From Fonticula alba ATCC 38817 (taxonomy: Eukaryota; Protista; Nucleariida): a stretch of 29,657 nucleotides of DNA. The stretch lies in the NCBI GenBank assembly GCA_000388065.2, contig KB932211.1. One strand, given 5' to 3'. The notes under the pieces were generated by a model that was not told the origin of the DNA, did not search any database, and saw nothing but the letters and a program-made list of their open reading frames with translations. Every line of letters begins with the position of its first letter. Position 1 is the first letter of the stretch. Below, piece by piece: positions 19,935 through 29,657 of the stretch. The translations under genes and the position numbers were made by a program.

Positions 19935-22900
19935 ATGTCGTTCATGAACACCTTCACCAAAAACTCCCTCAGCGCGCTGGAGTCGGCCCAGAACCTGGCG
20001 CGCGGCCTGCAGCACTCGGTCATCCAGCCGGTGCACCTGGCGGTCATCCTCTTTGACCAGCGCGAGGCCCAGCGGGCCAACCCGATGGCCGGGTCCTCGG
20101 AGGCCGGGTCGGCGGACTTCAGCCTCGGCCCGGCGCTGGTCGAGCGCGCCGGCGGCGACTTGGACCTGCTCAAGGGGTCCCTGCGCCAGCTGCTAAAGCG
20201 CATCCCCTCGCAAACCCCGGCCCCGGTGCAGGTGGAAGTGGGCCCGCACCTGCTGGCGGTCCTGCGGTCGGCCAACAACCTGCGCATGCAGCAGCAGGAC
20301 TCGCACACGGCGCTGGACCACCTGGTGCTGGCCCTGGCCGGGGCCGACCAGTCCCCGGGCGCGGCCAGCCCCGGGCAGAGCGCCGCCGTGCGCGACGTGC
20401 AGGAGGCCCTGCGCGGGGCCGGCATCACGGCCGCCAAGCTGACCGAGGCGGCCCGTGCCACGCGCGGCTCGCGCAAGGTCACCAGCGACATGGACGATGC
20501 CAACTTCGAAGCCCTGAAGAAGTACGGCGTGGACCTGGTGGAGCGCGCCTCCAGCGGCCACCTGGACCCGGTCATCGGCCGGGATGACGAAATCCGCCGA
20601 GTCATCCGGGTCCTCTCGCGCCGGACCAAGAACAACCCCATCCTCATCGGCGAGCCGGGTGTCGGCAAGACGGCCGTGGTGGAGGGGCTGGCGCAGCGCA
20701 TCGTGCGCGGCGACGTGCCGGACGGCCTGCACTGCCGGGTCATCTCCCTGGACATGGGTGCCCTGCTGGCCGGGGCGTCGTATCGCGGCGAATTTGAGGC
20801 CCGGCTGAAGGCCGTCCTGCAGGAGGTCAGCGATGCCCGGGGCCGGGTGATTCTCTTCATCGATGAGATCCACACGGTGCTGGGGGCCGGCCGGAGCGGC
20901 GACGGCGGGGCCATGGACGCGGCCAACCTGCTGAAGCCGATGCTGGCCCGTGGCGAGCTCCGGTGCATTGGTGCCACCACGCTGGAGGAGTACCGGAAGC
21001 ATGTGGAGAAGGATGCGGCCTTCGAGCGGCGCTTCCAGCCGGTCCACGTGTCGGAGCCCACCATCCCGGACACCATTTCCATCCTGCGCGGCATCAAGGA
21101 CAAGTATGAGTCGCACCATGGTGTGCGGATTGCCGATGCGGCGCTCGTGAGCGCGGCCCAGCTCGGCGCCCGGTACATCACGCAGCGCTTCCTGCCGGAC
21201 AAGGCCATCGACCTGCTGGACGAGGCGTGTGCCAATGTCCGCGTGCAGTTGGACTCCCAGCCGGAGGCCATCGACAAGCTGGAGCGCCGGCAGCTTCGCC
21301 TGGAGGTGGAACTGGCCGCCCTGGAGAAGGAGGAGGCCGGTGACCAGGCGGCCCGGCAGCGTGCGGACGCCGTGCGCGCCTCGCTGGCCAGCATCCAGGA
21401 GTCGCTGGCGCCGTTGCGCGCGCGCTACGAGGCCGAGCGCGGCCGTGTCGACCAGATGCGCACCCTTCGCCGGAAGCTGGACGAAGTGTACCAGAAGATG
21501 GAGGAGGCCGAGCGCAATCGCCAGACCGATGTGGTGGCCGACCTGCGGTACGGGGCCATCCCGGACTTGCGGGCGCGCCTGGAAGAGCTGAGCACCCTGG
21601 AGGAGGCGGACCGCAGCGCGCCGGCATCCCCGGGCGGCGCCGGCACTCCGGCCGAGGCGCCCATGCTCAGTGAGACCGTGGGGCCGGACCAAATTGCGGA
21701 GATCGTTTCCCGGTGGACCGGCATCCCGGTGTCGCGGCTGACGCAAACCGAGCGCGACAAGCTCCTGCACCTGGGGGAGAACCTGCACAAGCAGGTGATC
21801 GGCCAGTCGGAGGCGGTGGACGCCGTGGCGGCGGCCGTGCTCCGGTCGCGTGCCGGGCTTTCGCGCGAGCGCCAGCCGGTCGGGTCCTTCCTCTTCCTCG
21901 GGCCCACCGGTGTCGGTAAGACCGAGCTGGCCAAGGCCCTGGCGCGGGAGCTCTTCGATGACGAGTCCAACATCGTGCGCTTGGACATGTCCGAGTACAT
22001 GGAGCGTCACAGTGTGGCCCGGCTGATTGGCTCGCCTCCGGGGTATGTTGGCTATGATGATGGTGGCCAGCTGACGGAGGCCGTGCGCCGGCGGCCCTAC
22101 TCGGTGGTGCTCTTCGACGAGGTGGAGAAGGCCCACCCGGATGTGTTCAACTCCCTGCTGCAGGTGCTGGATGATGCACGCCTGACCGATGGCCGGGGGC
22201 GCGTGGTGGACTTCTCCAACTGCGTGCTCATCATGACCAGCAACCTGGGCGCCAAGCATCTGTTTGACAGCTTCCGCCAGGGGGCGGGCGATGGCACCGG
22301 CACCGGCACCGGCACCGGTGGCGGCCTGTCGAAGGCCACCCGGGAGAAGGTGATGGACGCCGTGCGCGGGCACTTCCGCCCGGAGTTCCTCAACCGCCTG
22401 GATGACATCGTGCTGTTTGCGCCGCTGCGGACGGACGAGCTGCGCCAGGTGGTTCGCCTGCAGTTCGGCTCGGTCGGCCGGCGCCTGCGTGATCGGAACA
22501 TCGAGCTGGTCATCGAGGATTCGGCCTGCGACCTGGTCCTGGCCGAGGCGTATGACCCGGCGTACGGGGCCCGGCCGCTGCGCCGGTACATCGAGAAGAA
22601 CCTGGTCACCGAGCTGTCGCGGCAGCTGGTGGCCGGGGTCCTGCACAATGACCAGCGGGTGGCCGTGGCCGCGGAGCCTGGCGCCCGGCGCTTTGCCTTC
22701 CGCGTCCTGGCGGACCTGGCCCCGGCCACCGGCGCCGGCCGCGGGGGGCGCGATGTCGACGACGACGACGACAGCACCATGGACCTGGTCGGTGGTGGCA
22801 ATGGCGCGGTCGGGCGCAAGGGCGTCCCCGGCGGTGCCCGGCAGCACCATGCGGCCAAGCGCCAGAACACCGGCGGCGGCCGCATTGAGTCCCTCAGCAG

Positions 22901-22964
22901 CGATGACTTTGAGGACCTGAGCGGCGACGAGGACAGCCACATGGAGGTGGACTCGCGTCGCTAA
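19935..22964 (+). CDS. HSP104: Cytosolic Hsp100/ClpB-family disaggregase (Hsp104/Hsp101), 1009 aa, no introns
   Basis: Single ORF with an in-frame upstream stop at 19851. N-domain; NBD1 [28 protein letters not shown]; M-domain DLRYGAI; NBD2 [42 protein letters not shown]. No organellar transit peptide; acidic C-tail. Confidence 0.97.
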   Translation: MSFMNTFTKNSLSALESAQNLARGLQHSVIQPVHLAVILFDQREAQRANPMAGSSEAGSADFSLGPALVERAGGDLDLLKGSLRQLLKRIPSQTPAPVQVEVGPHLLAVLRSANNLRMQQQDSHTALDHLVLALAGADQSPGAASPGQSAAVRDVQEALRGAGITAAKLTEAARATRGSRKVTSDMDDANFEALKKYGVDLVERASSGHLDPVIGRDDEIRRVIRVLSRRTKNNPILIGEPGVGKTAVVEGLAQRIVRGDVPDGLHCRVISLDMGALLAGASYRGEFEARLKAVLQEVSDARGRVILFIDEIHTVLGAGRSGDGGAMDAANLLKPMLARGELRCIGATTLEEYRKHVEKDAAFERRFQPVHVSEPTIPDTISILRGIKDKYESHHGVRIADAALVSAAQLGARYITQRFLPDKAIDLLDEACANVRVQLDSQPEAIDKLERRQLRLEVELAALEKEEAGDQAARQRADAVRASLASIQESLAPLRARYEAERGRVDQMRTLRRKLDEVYQKMEEAERNRQTDVVADLRYGAIPDLRARLEELSTLEEADRSAPASPGGAGTPAEAPMLSETVGPDQIAEIVSRWTGIPVSRLTQTERDKLLHLGENLHKQVIGQSEAVDAVAAAVLRSRAGLSRERQPVGSFLFLGPTGVGKTELAKALARELFDDESNIVRLDMSEYMERHSVARLIGSPPGYVGYDDGGQLTEAVRRRPYSVVLFDEVEKAHPDVFNSLLQVLDDARLTDGRGRVVDFSNCVLIMTSNLGAKHLFDSFRQGAGDGTGTGTGTGGGLSKATREKVMDAVRGHFRPEFLNRLDDIVLFAPLRTDELRQVVRLQFGSVGRRLRDRNIELVIEDSACDLVLAEAYDPAYGARPLRRYIEKNLVTELSRQLVAGVLHNDQRVAVAAEPGARRFAFRVLADLAPATGAGRGGRDVDDDDDSTMDLVGGGNGAVGRKGVPGGARQHHAAKRQNTGGGRIESLSSDDFEDLSGDEDSHMEVDSRR

Positions 22965-24451
22965 AAGGGGGGTGGGGCAGAAACGCGTGCGCACGGCCAC
23001 GCGCGCGCGCTGCATCCCCCTCTCTCTCCCCCCCCTTTTGGTGTGCAGGGCTTTCTCCCTCGGCGCGCGCTCCACGCCTGCTGTGACAGCGCGCGGGAGT
23101 TTTTGGAGGAGCCGAAAAGAGAGCATGCCCATCGCATCCGCATCGCATCCGCATCGCACCGAGAGAGCGCGCGCGCGCGATGACACAACACTGGTGGGCA
23201 TGCGCGGAGCCCCCTCCTCCCTCTCTCTCTCTCTCCGCGCCGGCGGTTGCCGCCTCGCCCCCTTTGCCTTGCCCCCCTTCCCCTCCTCCTCCACTTCTTC
23301 AACATCCTCCTTCACATATACACCCCATATATTTTCCCCTGTGCTGCCAACTGCGGGGCCTCTCTCCCTCTCCCTTCTCTCAGTGCCCTAGAGAGAGGGA
23401 AAAGAACTCCCACACACATGCAAAATAGACACAGATATCTCAGAAAAGAATCCTCTCAACAAAGACACATGATGCGCCGCGCGCCCCGGGGGTGGTCCTC
23501 TCTCGCGGCGACATGCTCTCGGCCCCTTTCCCCTGCCTGCCTGCTGGTCCTCCCCTGGTGGCTGCCTCTGTCGCCCGCCCGGCCGCCTGCCGTGATCGGC
23601 GTGCGGAAGGGCCCCGGCAGGGGGGGGGGGGGCCAGACAAAAGTGGCGGCGGTGGGACCACATACGCATGGGCACAGACCTGGCCGACGCCGCGGGCGGG
23701 GGGCCTCCAGGGGCGAGGAAGACACCCTCCCCAAACACCAGACAGGGGGGGAGGAGGAGGAGGAGGAGGACAGGCCGGGGAAGGGGCCGACACCGAGCGG
23801 CCACGCATGCTGTGTGCGCATGCACGCGCACTGATGGGTATCATATTCGAGGTGTATTTTGTGGGACGCTCTCCCCGAAGAGAAGGGGACAGAAAAGGGA
23901 CGATAGATGCATGTGCGTGTGGCAAACAAACAACGACAGTGTGATGTGACGCGCGGACGGCTCGCCTCGGCGCGCTAGAGAGAGGGGGGAGGAGGGGGGA
24001 AGGGGGAGATATGCCTGCCCCAGGCAGAGGGGCGGGGGAAGGAAAGAGAGAGAGAGAGAGAGGCAGCGCGAGGTGCGAGAGGCGGAAGAGGAAGAAGAGG
24101 GGAGCTTCGCTTTGACGGCCCACACACCACCCATACACAGCCCATGCGGCGGCGAGCACGCTCCTGTCCATTTGAACCCGGCTTGGGGCTCTCGTGCGCG
24201 CGTCATACACTTCCCCCCTGCGTCACCCGGCTCTCGTGAGCGTGCCCCGAGAGGGAGGGAGGGAGAGAAAGAGAGAGAGAGAGAGAGAGACACACACACA
24301 CAGAGGCTGAGGAAGTGTGTTGCGCGCGACGAGAGGTGTGTTGGCATGTGTATGTGTAGGTGGGTGGGCATGCGCGCGCGTGCCCTGCGCGGCCGAGCGC
24401 CCCCCTCGGCCCCACGGTGCATTCGTCGCCTTCCGCGCGTGGCAAGTGCGC

Positions 24452-25431
24452 TTAGCAGGCGCAGGAATCGCCGCCGGAGGGGGGGTTGTCCTCCAGGCGG
24501 ATGTTGGTGCTGAAGTCGCTGTACCTGCGGGGGGGGGGGTGCGACGGGGCGGGCGCACACACGAAGGGCAGACGGAGGGAGGGAGGGAGGAAGGGTCAGA
24601 GGATGCGAGGAGCGCGGCAGAGGGGCAGCCAACCAAGAAGAAGGGGGCGGGGCCCGGCGCGGCGTACGGGTCGGCGACGGGGTCCTGCTCGAGAGCCTTG
24701 CGAGAAACGGTGAGGAAAGCCTGCTCGACGTTGAGGTTCTCACGGGCCGAGGTGGGGAAGTAGGGGATGTTGAACTTGTTGGCACACCAGGCCTCGGCGC
24801 GCTTGGCCGTGACCTCATGCTGGTCCTGGGGGTAGTCAAACTTGTTGCCGAGCACGACGAAGGGGAAGCGGTTCGGGTCGCGGGGGCTGGCCTGGATGAG
24901 GAACTCCTCGCGCCAGGAGTCCAGGTTGTCGAAGCTCTTGGCACTGGTGACGTCGAAGACAAGGGCGCAGCAGTCGGCACCGCGGTAGAAGGCCACACCG
25001 AGGGACTGGAAGCGCTCGAGGCCGGCGGTATCCCAGATCTGAGGGGGGGCGGAGGGGGGGGGTGGGCGAGGGGCGAGGGGGGAGGTGAGTGGCCGGGCAA
25101 AGGGGACAGGAGGACGGGGGAGGACTGGCGTACCTGCATGGTGACGTTGCGGTCGTCGATGCAAACCTCCTTGGTCAGGAAGTCGGCACCGATGGTGGCC
25201 TTGTACTGGGTGCTGAACTTGCGGTTGACATACTGGTTCATCAGGCAGGTCTTGCCGACACTGCGGGGGTGGGGGGGGGAGGGGAAAGGAGGGGGCCTTG
25301 TCAGCGGCGGCGGGGAAAGGCGGGGGGAGGGAGGGGGGGTGGCACAAACCCGGAAATACGCCCGGAACACGAACGTACCCAGAGTCCCCGAGGATGATGA
25401 TCTTAAGAAGGAGCTTCTTGCGGGAGGACAT
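24452..25431 (-). CDS. RAB7: Rab7-family small GTPase, 207 aa, with Leu67 in place of the catalytic Gln
   Basis: Exons 25431-25379, 25260-25134, 25038-24668, 24524-24452. [22 protein letters not shown]; [14 protein letters not shown]; [21 protein letters not shown]; [11 protein letters not shown]; GNKFD; TSAR; terminal CAC (CxC geranylgeranylation). Confidence 0.97.
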
Positions 25432-27203
25432 TGTGAGGTGGAAAAATCACTGTCATGACGGCGGGGAGGAGGGGAGGTGTCAGGATCGGGGCGGCGCGCG
25501 GGGGGTGCGGAAGCGGGAGGTCGGGGAGAGGGAGGCACAGGAGCCTGCAAGCCGGACGAGGGGGGGGGGGGGGGAAACGAGGTGCGGGCAATGGGTCAGT
25601 CAGATGCGTCCGTCTGGAGGGCGGGGGGAAGCAACACAAAGGGAGGGGGGGAGACAAAAGAGACCGGAGTCGAGGACCGTGGACACACCTGAGGAGAGGC
25701 GGAGGAGGCAGGCCCGGAAGGCGGGATGCATGTGTATGTGTGCGTGCTGGGGGGGGGGGGCTCGGGGCGGACGCGGGAGGGAGGGCGAGCAGCAATGGAG
25801 GTGTAGGCGGCGACGCGAAGGAGGATAAGGAGGGGGGCGGGCGGCAATATCGTGGCCGTGTGGGAGCGCGAGGAGGGCGCGTCCCGTGCGAACGCTAGCC
25901 AGCCACGATATGTAGGAGAGGGGGCGGAGAGGGGGGGGGGAGCGCGGCAGCAGGGAGAAGGACACAGGAAGGGAGATGGGGACAGAGAGAGAGAGGGGGG
26001 GGAAAGGAGGAAGGCGGGGCGGAGACGAACAAGAGCAATGGAAAGGGGGGAGGATCCTTGATTGATGCCGGGTGTTCCGCCGGCGGGGGGGGGCGGGGCC
26101 CGCGAGGCTGGCCGAAAAAACAACAACACCTCCCCGCTCCTGGCCCGGGGACACAGAGTGTGGGCACACGCGCCGGGAGGGGGCGACTGTTCTGGCCGGG
26201 TCGCACTGGGGGGCGCAGGGGGGCGGAGGCAGGACATCTCCCCCCCCCCTCTGCCTGCGGGGAGGGGGGAAATAATAACACTCTGTCGTCGTGGTCCCGC
26301 CGGCCAACCGGGGACGGCCGGCCGGCCCGCGTCTCGCCCCGGGCAATACGGCTGAGAGGCGGCCATGCTCGACGGGTGGGGGCCCCCTCTCGCCCCGGCA
26401 GGAGCGACCTCCCCAAAACCAGGTACACCAGGGCCGTCCCCGGGGGCATGTTTGCCGGTCTTCGGCCGGGCCGCAGGGCGGGAGGGGCCCCACGCCGGGG
26501 TCCGCGAGTGCCCGGAAAACAATGGACCGGAGTGCACCCAGTCCGAGGACGCGGGGGGGGGGGGGGGCGAGCCCGCCCCGCTGCCCGTTTGGGGAGCCGG
26601 GGGCCGCACCCCGGCCCATGCGCCTGCTCGAAGCAGGATCACCGCGCGCCGGAAGGGTGTGTCCCCCGGTCCGCCGGCCCGGCCGGGGGAGGCCAGGCGG
26701 AGGTCCGGCGCGTCCGCCACGCATGATGACACGGCCGGCGGGGGGGGGGGGGCAGCGTGGCCGTCCGGCGCTCGGCCGCTTCGGGCGTCGAGCCCTGTCC
26801 TCGCGGGTGATCGGGCGCGCTTGTGAGACGGTCGAGGCTGGGCGGCGGGGCCGCCCCCGGGGGCCCCCCCCCCCCGGCGAAAAAGGATATCTTGCCTCCC
26901 CCGCGCCGGCGGGAGGGAGGGAGCGCCGCAAGATGCGCCTGGCAGCATGCCGTGACGCCGGGCGCCGGCTGGCTGTCGAGCAAGTAACCCTATCTCCCTG
27001 GGCGCGCCCCGGCAACGGGCACACGCCCCGCGGCACCGCCGCCGGGGACGAGACACCCCAGGCCAATGTGCTCCTGCGGCGTCCCCGCCGCTCCCCCGGG
27101 CGCGTACCGGGGTCAGGTGGGCCGCCCCCCGGCGGCCCGGCCGGCGGCCGGCCGCACTCGGGATGGCCTTATGTGTGTGTGGGGGTGTGCGCTCGCGGCG
27201 CGC

Positions 27204-27205
<2 letters not shown>

Positions 27206-27289
<84 letters not shown>
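27206..27289. repeat. Poly-C tract (84 nt)
   Basis: Direct reading; length may be an assembly estimate. Confidence 0.85.
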
Positions 27290-27290
<1 letters not shown>

Positions 27291-28172
27291 CAAAAAAACA
27301 CCCCCCCCACCCACAACACACCCGCGCCCGCCCCCCCCACCCCCCCGCCCCCCGCCCCCCCGCCCCGCCCCGCCCCGCCCTCCCGCACGCACGTACATGT
27401 GCATGCCGCTGAGGAAAAAAAACCCGCACGCTAACAAGGCCGGCGGTGGCGACCACACCTCCGGGACGCGGCGCTCACATGGGGACGCGCACGCCCGGGG
27501 CCTATCTCGCCGGAGTCGCGAGCGTGCGCTCGGCCGGCCTCCAAGCCAGCCAATTGCGCGATACCCCCCCCACTCCTGCCCTGCCCCAGGGGGGGGGGGG
27601 CGGGGGGGGGAGGGCAGACGAATGCCATGTCACCCGGGGCGCATACGGCCGGCCCGGGGGCCGTCTCCCCGGGCGGCGGGCCTCCTCGGCCTCGGGCCGG
27701 GAGGACCGCCGGCTCGGTCTCCCGATGTCAGAAGACCGCACGGTGGGGCCCCCCCCCCCCCCTCGACCGGGGCGATCTGCCGCGCGGGGGCCCGCTCTCT
27801 CGGGGCGGCTGCTGCGCCTGCCGGGACCTTTGTGTGCGCAGCAAGGCAACCAGGGCGGGGGGGGGGGGGGCGGAGGGAATGGGCCGCGCCTCCCCCGCGC
27901 GCCCCGGGGTAGACGCCCCTGGGGAGAACCTGGTCAGCGCACCTTGTCGGGGGAACACATATAGCGGGCTGGGGGCGGGGCAAAAATATCGCTGCCGCTG
28001 GTGGGCGGGGTCGTGTTGTCGGCGAGCCCTCCCCCCCGCCACCCCCCGGAGCCCGGGCGGAGGGGGAGAGACGGCCGGTTGACCGGCGCATCGGCCCCCC
28101 GGGCCCGGCGGGCCCCGCGGCCCGACTCGGCCCGGCGCACACAGGCCGGAGGACTGGACAGACAGCGCGAGG

Positions 28173-28194
28173 GCACCGGAGCGCGCTCCGGTGC
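28173..28194. repeat. Perfect 22-bp palindrome
   Basis: GCACCGGAGCGCGCTCCGGTGC is its own reverse complement. Confidence 0.95.
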
Positions 28195-28367
28195 TGCGAG
28201 GACCGAACATAAAAACGCCCCTCTAACGGCTCGCCCCGGCCGAGAAAACAGATCGCCCGCTCCGGCCCCCCCCCCCCCCCCCCGAGCTCGACCGGAGAGA
28301 GGGCGACGGAAAGGGCTCACCCCTCCACGGCCACGCATCGAACCCGCCAGCCATGGAGCCCCGCCGC

Positions 28368-28409
28368 CGCGCCAGCCACCGCGCCAGCCACCGCGCCGGC
28401 CGCCGCGCC
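28368..28409. repeat. 12-bp tandem repeat (~3.5 copies)
   Basis: CGCGCCAGCCAC x2, CGCGCCGGCCGC, CGCGCC. Confidence 0.8.
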
Positions 28410-29657
28410 CCACGGGGTCCGCCAGCGCGCCGCGGTCGCGGTTCTCACTCGCGCCTTGCCTGGCTGCGCGCCGCTCTCGACACGCACACGCCTACGCCCA
28501 CCTACTCCCAGCACACACGCACACACGCACACACACACACAAACGCAGAAGGAGGGCGGGGTTTCGCCCGGTCTGGGGGAGAACCCCCCTGCCCCCGGCG
28601 GCGGGGAAGGTTGGCCCGGAGAAAACCCCGGCCTGGCCTCGTGCACACTTTTGCGTGTGCGCCGGCGCATTTCCCCGATGGCGCGGCTATCATGTGCGGC
28701 TTCCTGAAGAGTTCCCCGGGGCGTGGACGGTGGTGGTGTGATCGATCGGTGGCAGGGTTCCGGGAGCAGGGGTCCTCGCGGGCAGGGCAGGGCAGGGCGA
28801 CCCGCAGCCAAGCAGGGTGTGCGTATTTTTGGGGCGAGATCGGTCGTGCCCACGGGCGCGGCGCCGCTGGCGCCCGGCGACCCGCCGCGCACGAAAGCAC
28901 CCGCGCACTGCCTTTGCCCATTGCCCGGCATCCCCTGCGGCGAGGCTGGTAACCCCCGCCCCTCCCCCGTGTGGATGCCCCCCCCCCCCCTTCCCTACTT
29001 CGTGTACAGGGGCAGGGCACCGGGGCTCTTGCCAACGGGGCAGCCGTTTCCCCCCCCCCCCCCCCCCCCCCCGGCGGGGCGTATGGCTCCGGGGCGGGGG
29101 GGGGGGGGGGGGGCGAGCGGCCGGGCCGGCGCTTGCGCGGGGACGCCTCGATGGGGGAAGGGGCTTTTCCCTTGGGGGCGGCGGCAGCGGGCGCCACAAA
29201 GCCTCGGGCCCAACGGCAAGACGTGCGCCGGCGGCTCCATTTTTCCGTCCCCCCCCCCCGGTGCACCCGCGCGTCTGGTATGGACGGTGACGCAGTATCA
29301 CCGGAGGGGGAATAAAAGGGCGCCTGCTCCTCGGGCCCCCCACATACACATGTGGCGCGGTGTGTAACGCGGCCAATATTAATCCGGCCATTTTCGGGCG
29401 CCCGGCGCCCCGGCACCGCGCCCCATGCGCCGCATCCCGGGCGGCTTTTTCCCACACGCCCCAGGCGCCCGGACGGGGGGAGGGGGCCGCCCTTCCCCTG
29501 CTCCGGAGGGGTGGGGATCGTCACGTCCCCTCCATTGCGTGAAGGCGGGGGCAGGTGTGGGCAGGCCAACGCCGCCGTGCGTGGGGCATTTTCATGCGGG
29601 GGCCGGTCGGGGCGAGTGATCTCCGGCGTTCAACGGGCAGGCGCGCCCGGGGGGGGG

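Noticed and set aside
53-25431. Functional clustering (CCDC22 with Rab7 for endosomes; calcineurin B with Hsp104 for stress)
   Set aside because: The pairs are far apart, interleaved with unrelated housekeeping genes and in mixed orientation. There is no evidence of co-regulation without synteny data.
1-29657. The many long Arg/Gly/Pro/Ala-rich ORFs in the six-frame track, including those spanning N-runs and the antisense 1040-aa ORF 20193-23315
   Set aside because: High GC content makes stops rare. The translations are low-complexity, overlap real genes in other frames or strands, or read through gaps. The long antisense ORF mirrors the biased codon usage of HSP104.
25500-29657. Recurrent GATA/TATC words in intergenic DNA as GATA-factor sites
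   Set aside because: About ten in 4 kb, roughly what a rough composition estimate predicts by chance.

Overview
This is a draft-assembly window from a very GC-rich, intron-rich microbial eukaryote. It has four N-gaps (1064-1073, 2739-3299, 10472-11006, 11656-12131). The gene mix (CCDC22, cytosolic Hsp104/Hsp101, mitoribosomal mL41) and intron style suggest an amoeboid or early-opisthokont protist such as a Fonticula-like organism; that is inference only. Nearly all long ORFs in the supplied track are GC-driven artefacts. Splicing by hand at GT-AG sites with consistent phase gives seven complete genes: an M14A carboxypeptidase, TAF12, NAP1, calcineurin B, mL41/MRPL41, an intronless Hsp104/101 and Rab7. 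CCDC22 is also present as two blocks in permuted order. Best leads: (1) a Rab7 that naturally carries Leu at position 67, the classic GTP-locked Q67L substitution, plus changes in the guanine pocket; (2) a genome-typical 5' splice consensus GTRCGT, with C at +4 in 23 of 26 introns and A at +4 in none; (3) calcineurin B with Asp at loop position 12 of both C-lobe EF hands; (4) a poly(CAA) leader in front of Hsp101; (5) an unexplained, possibly structured ~340-nt island at 11041-11380. I recognised no mobile element, CRISPR array, rRNA or tRNA.
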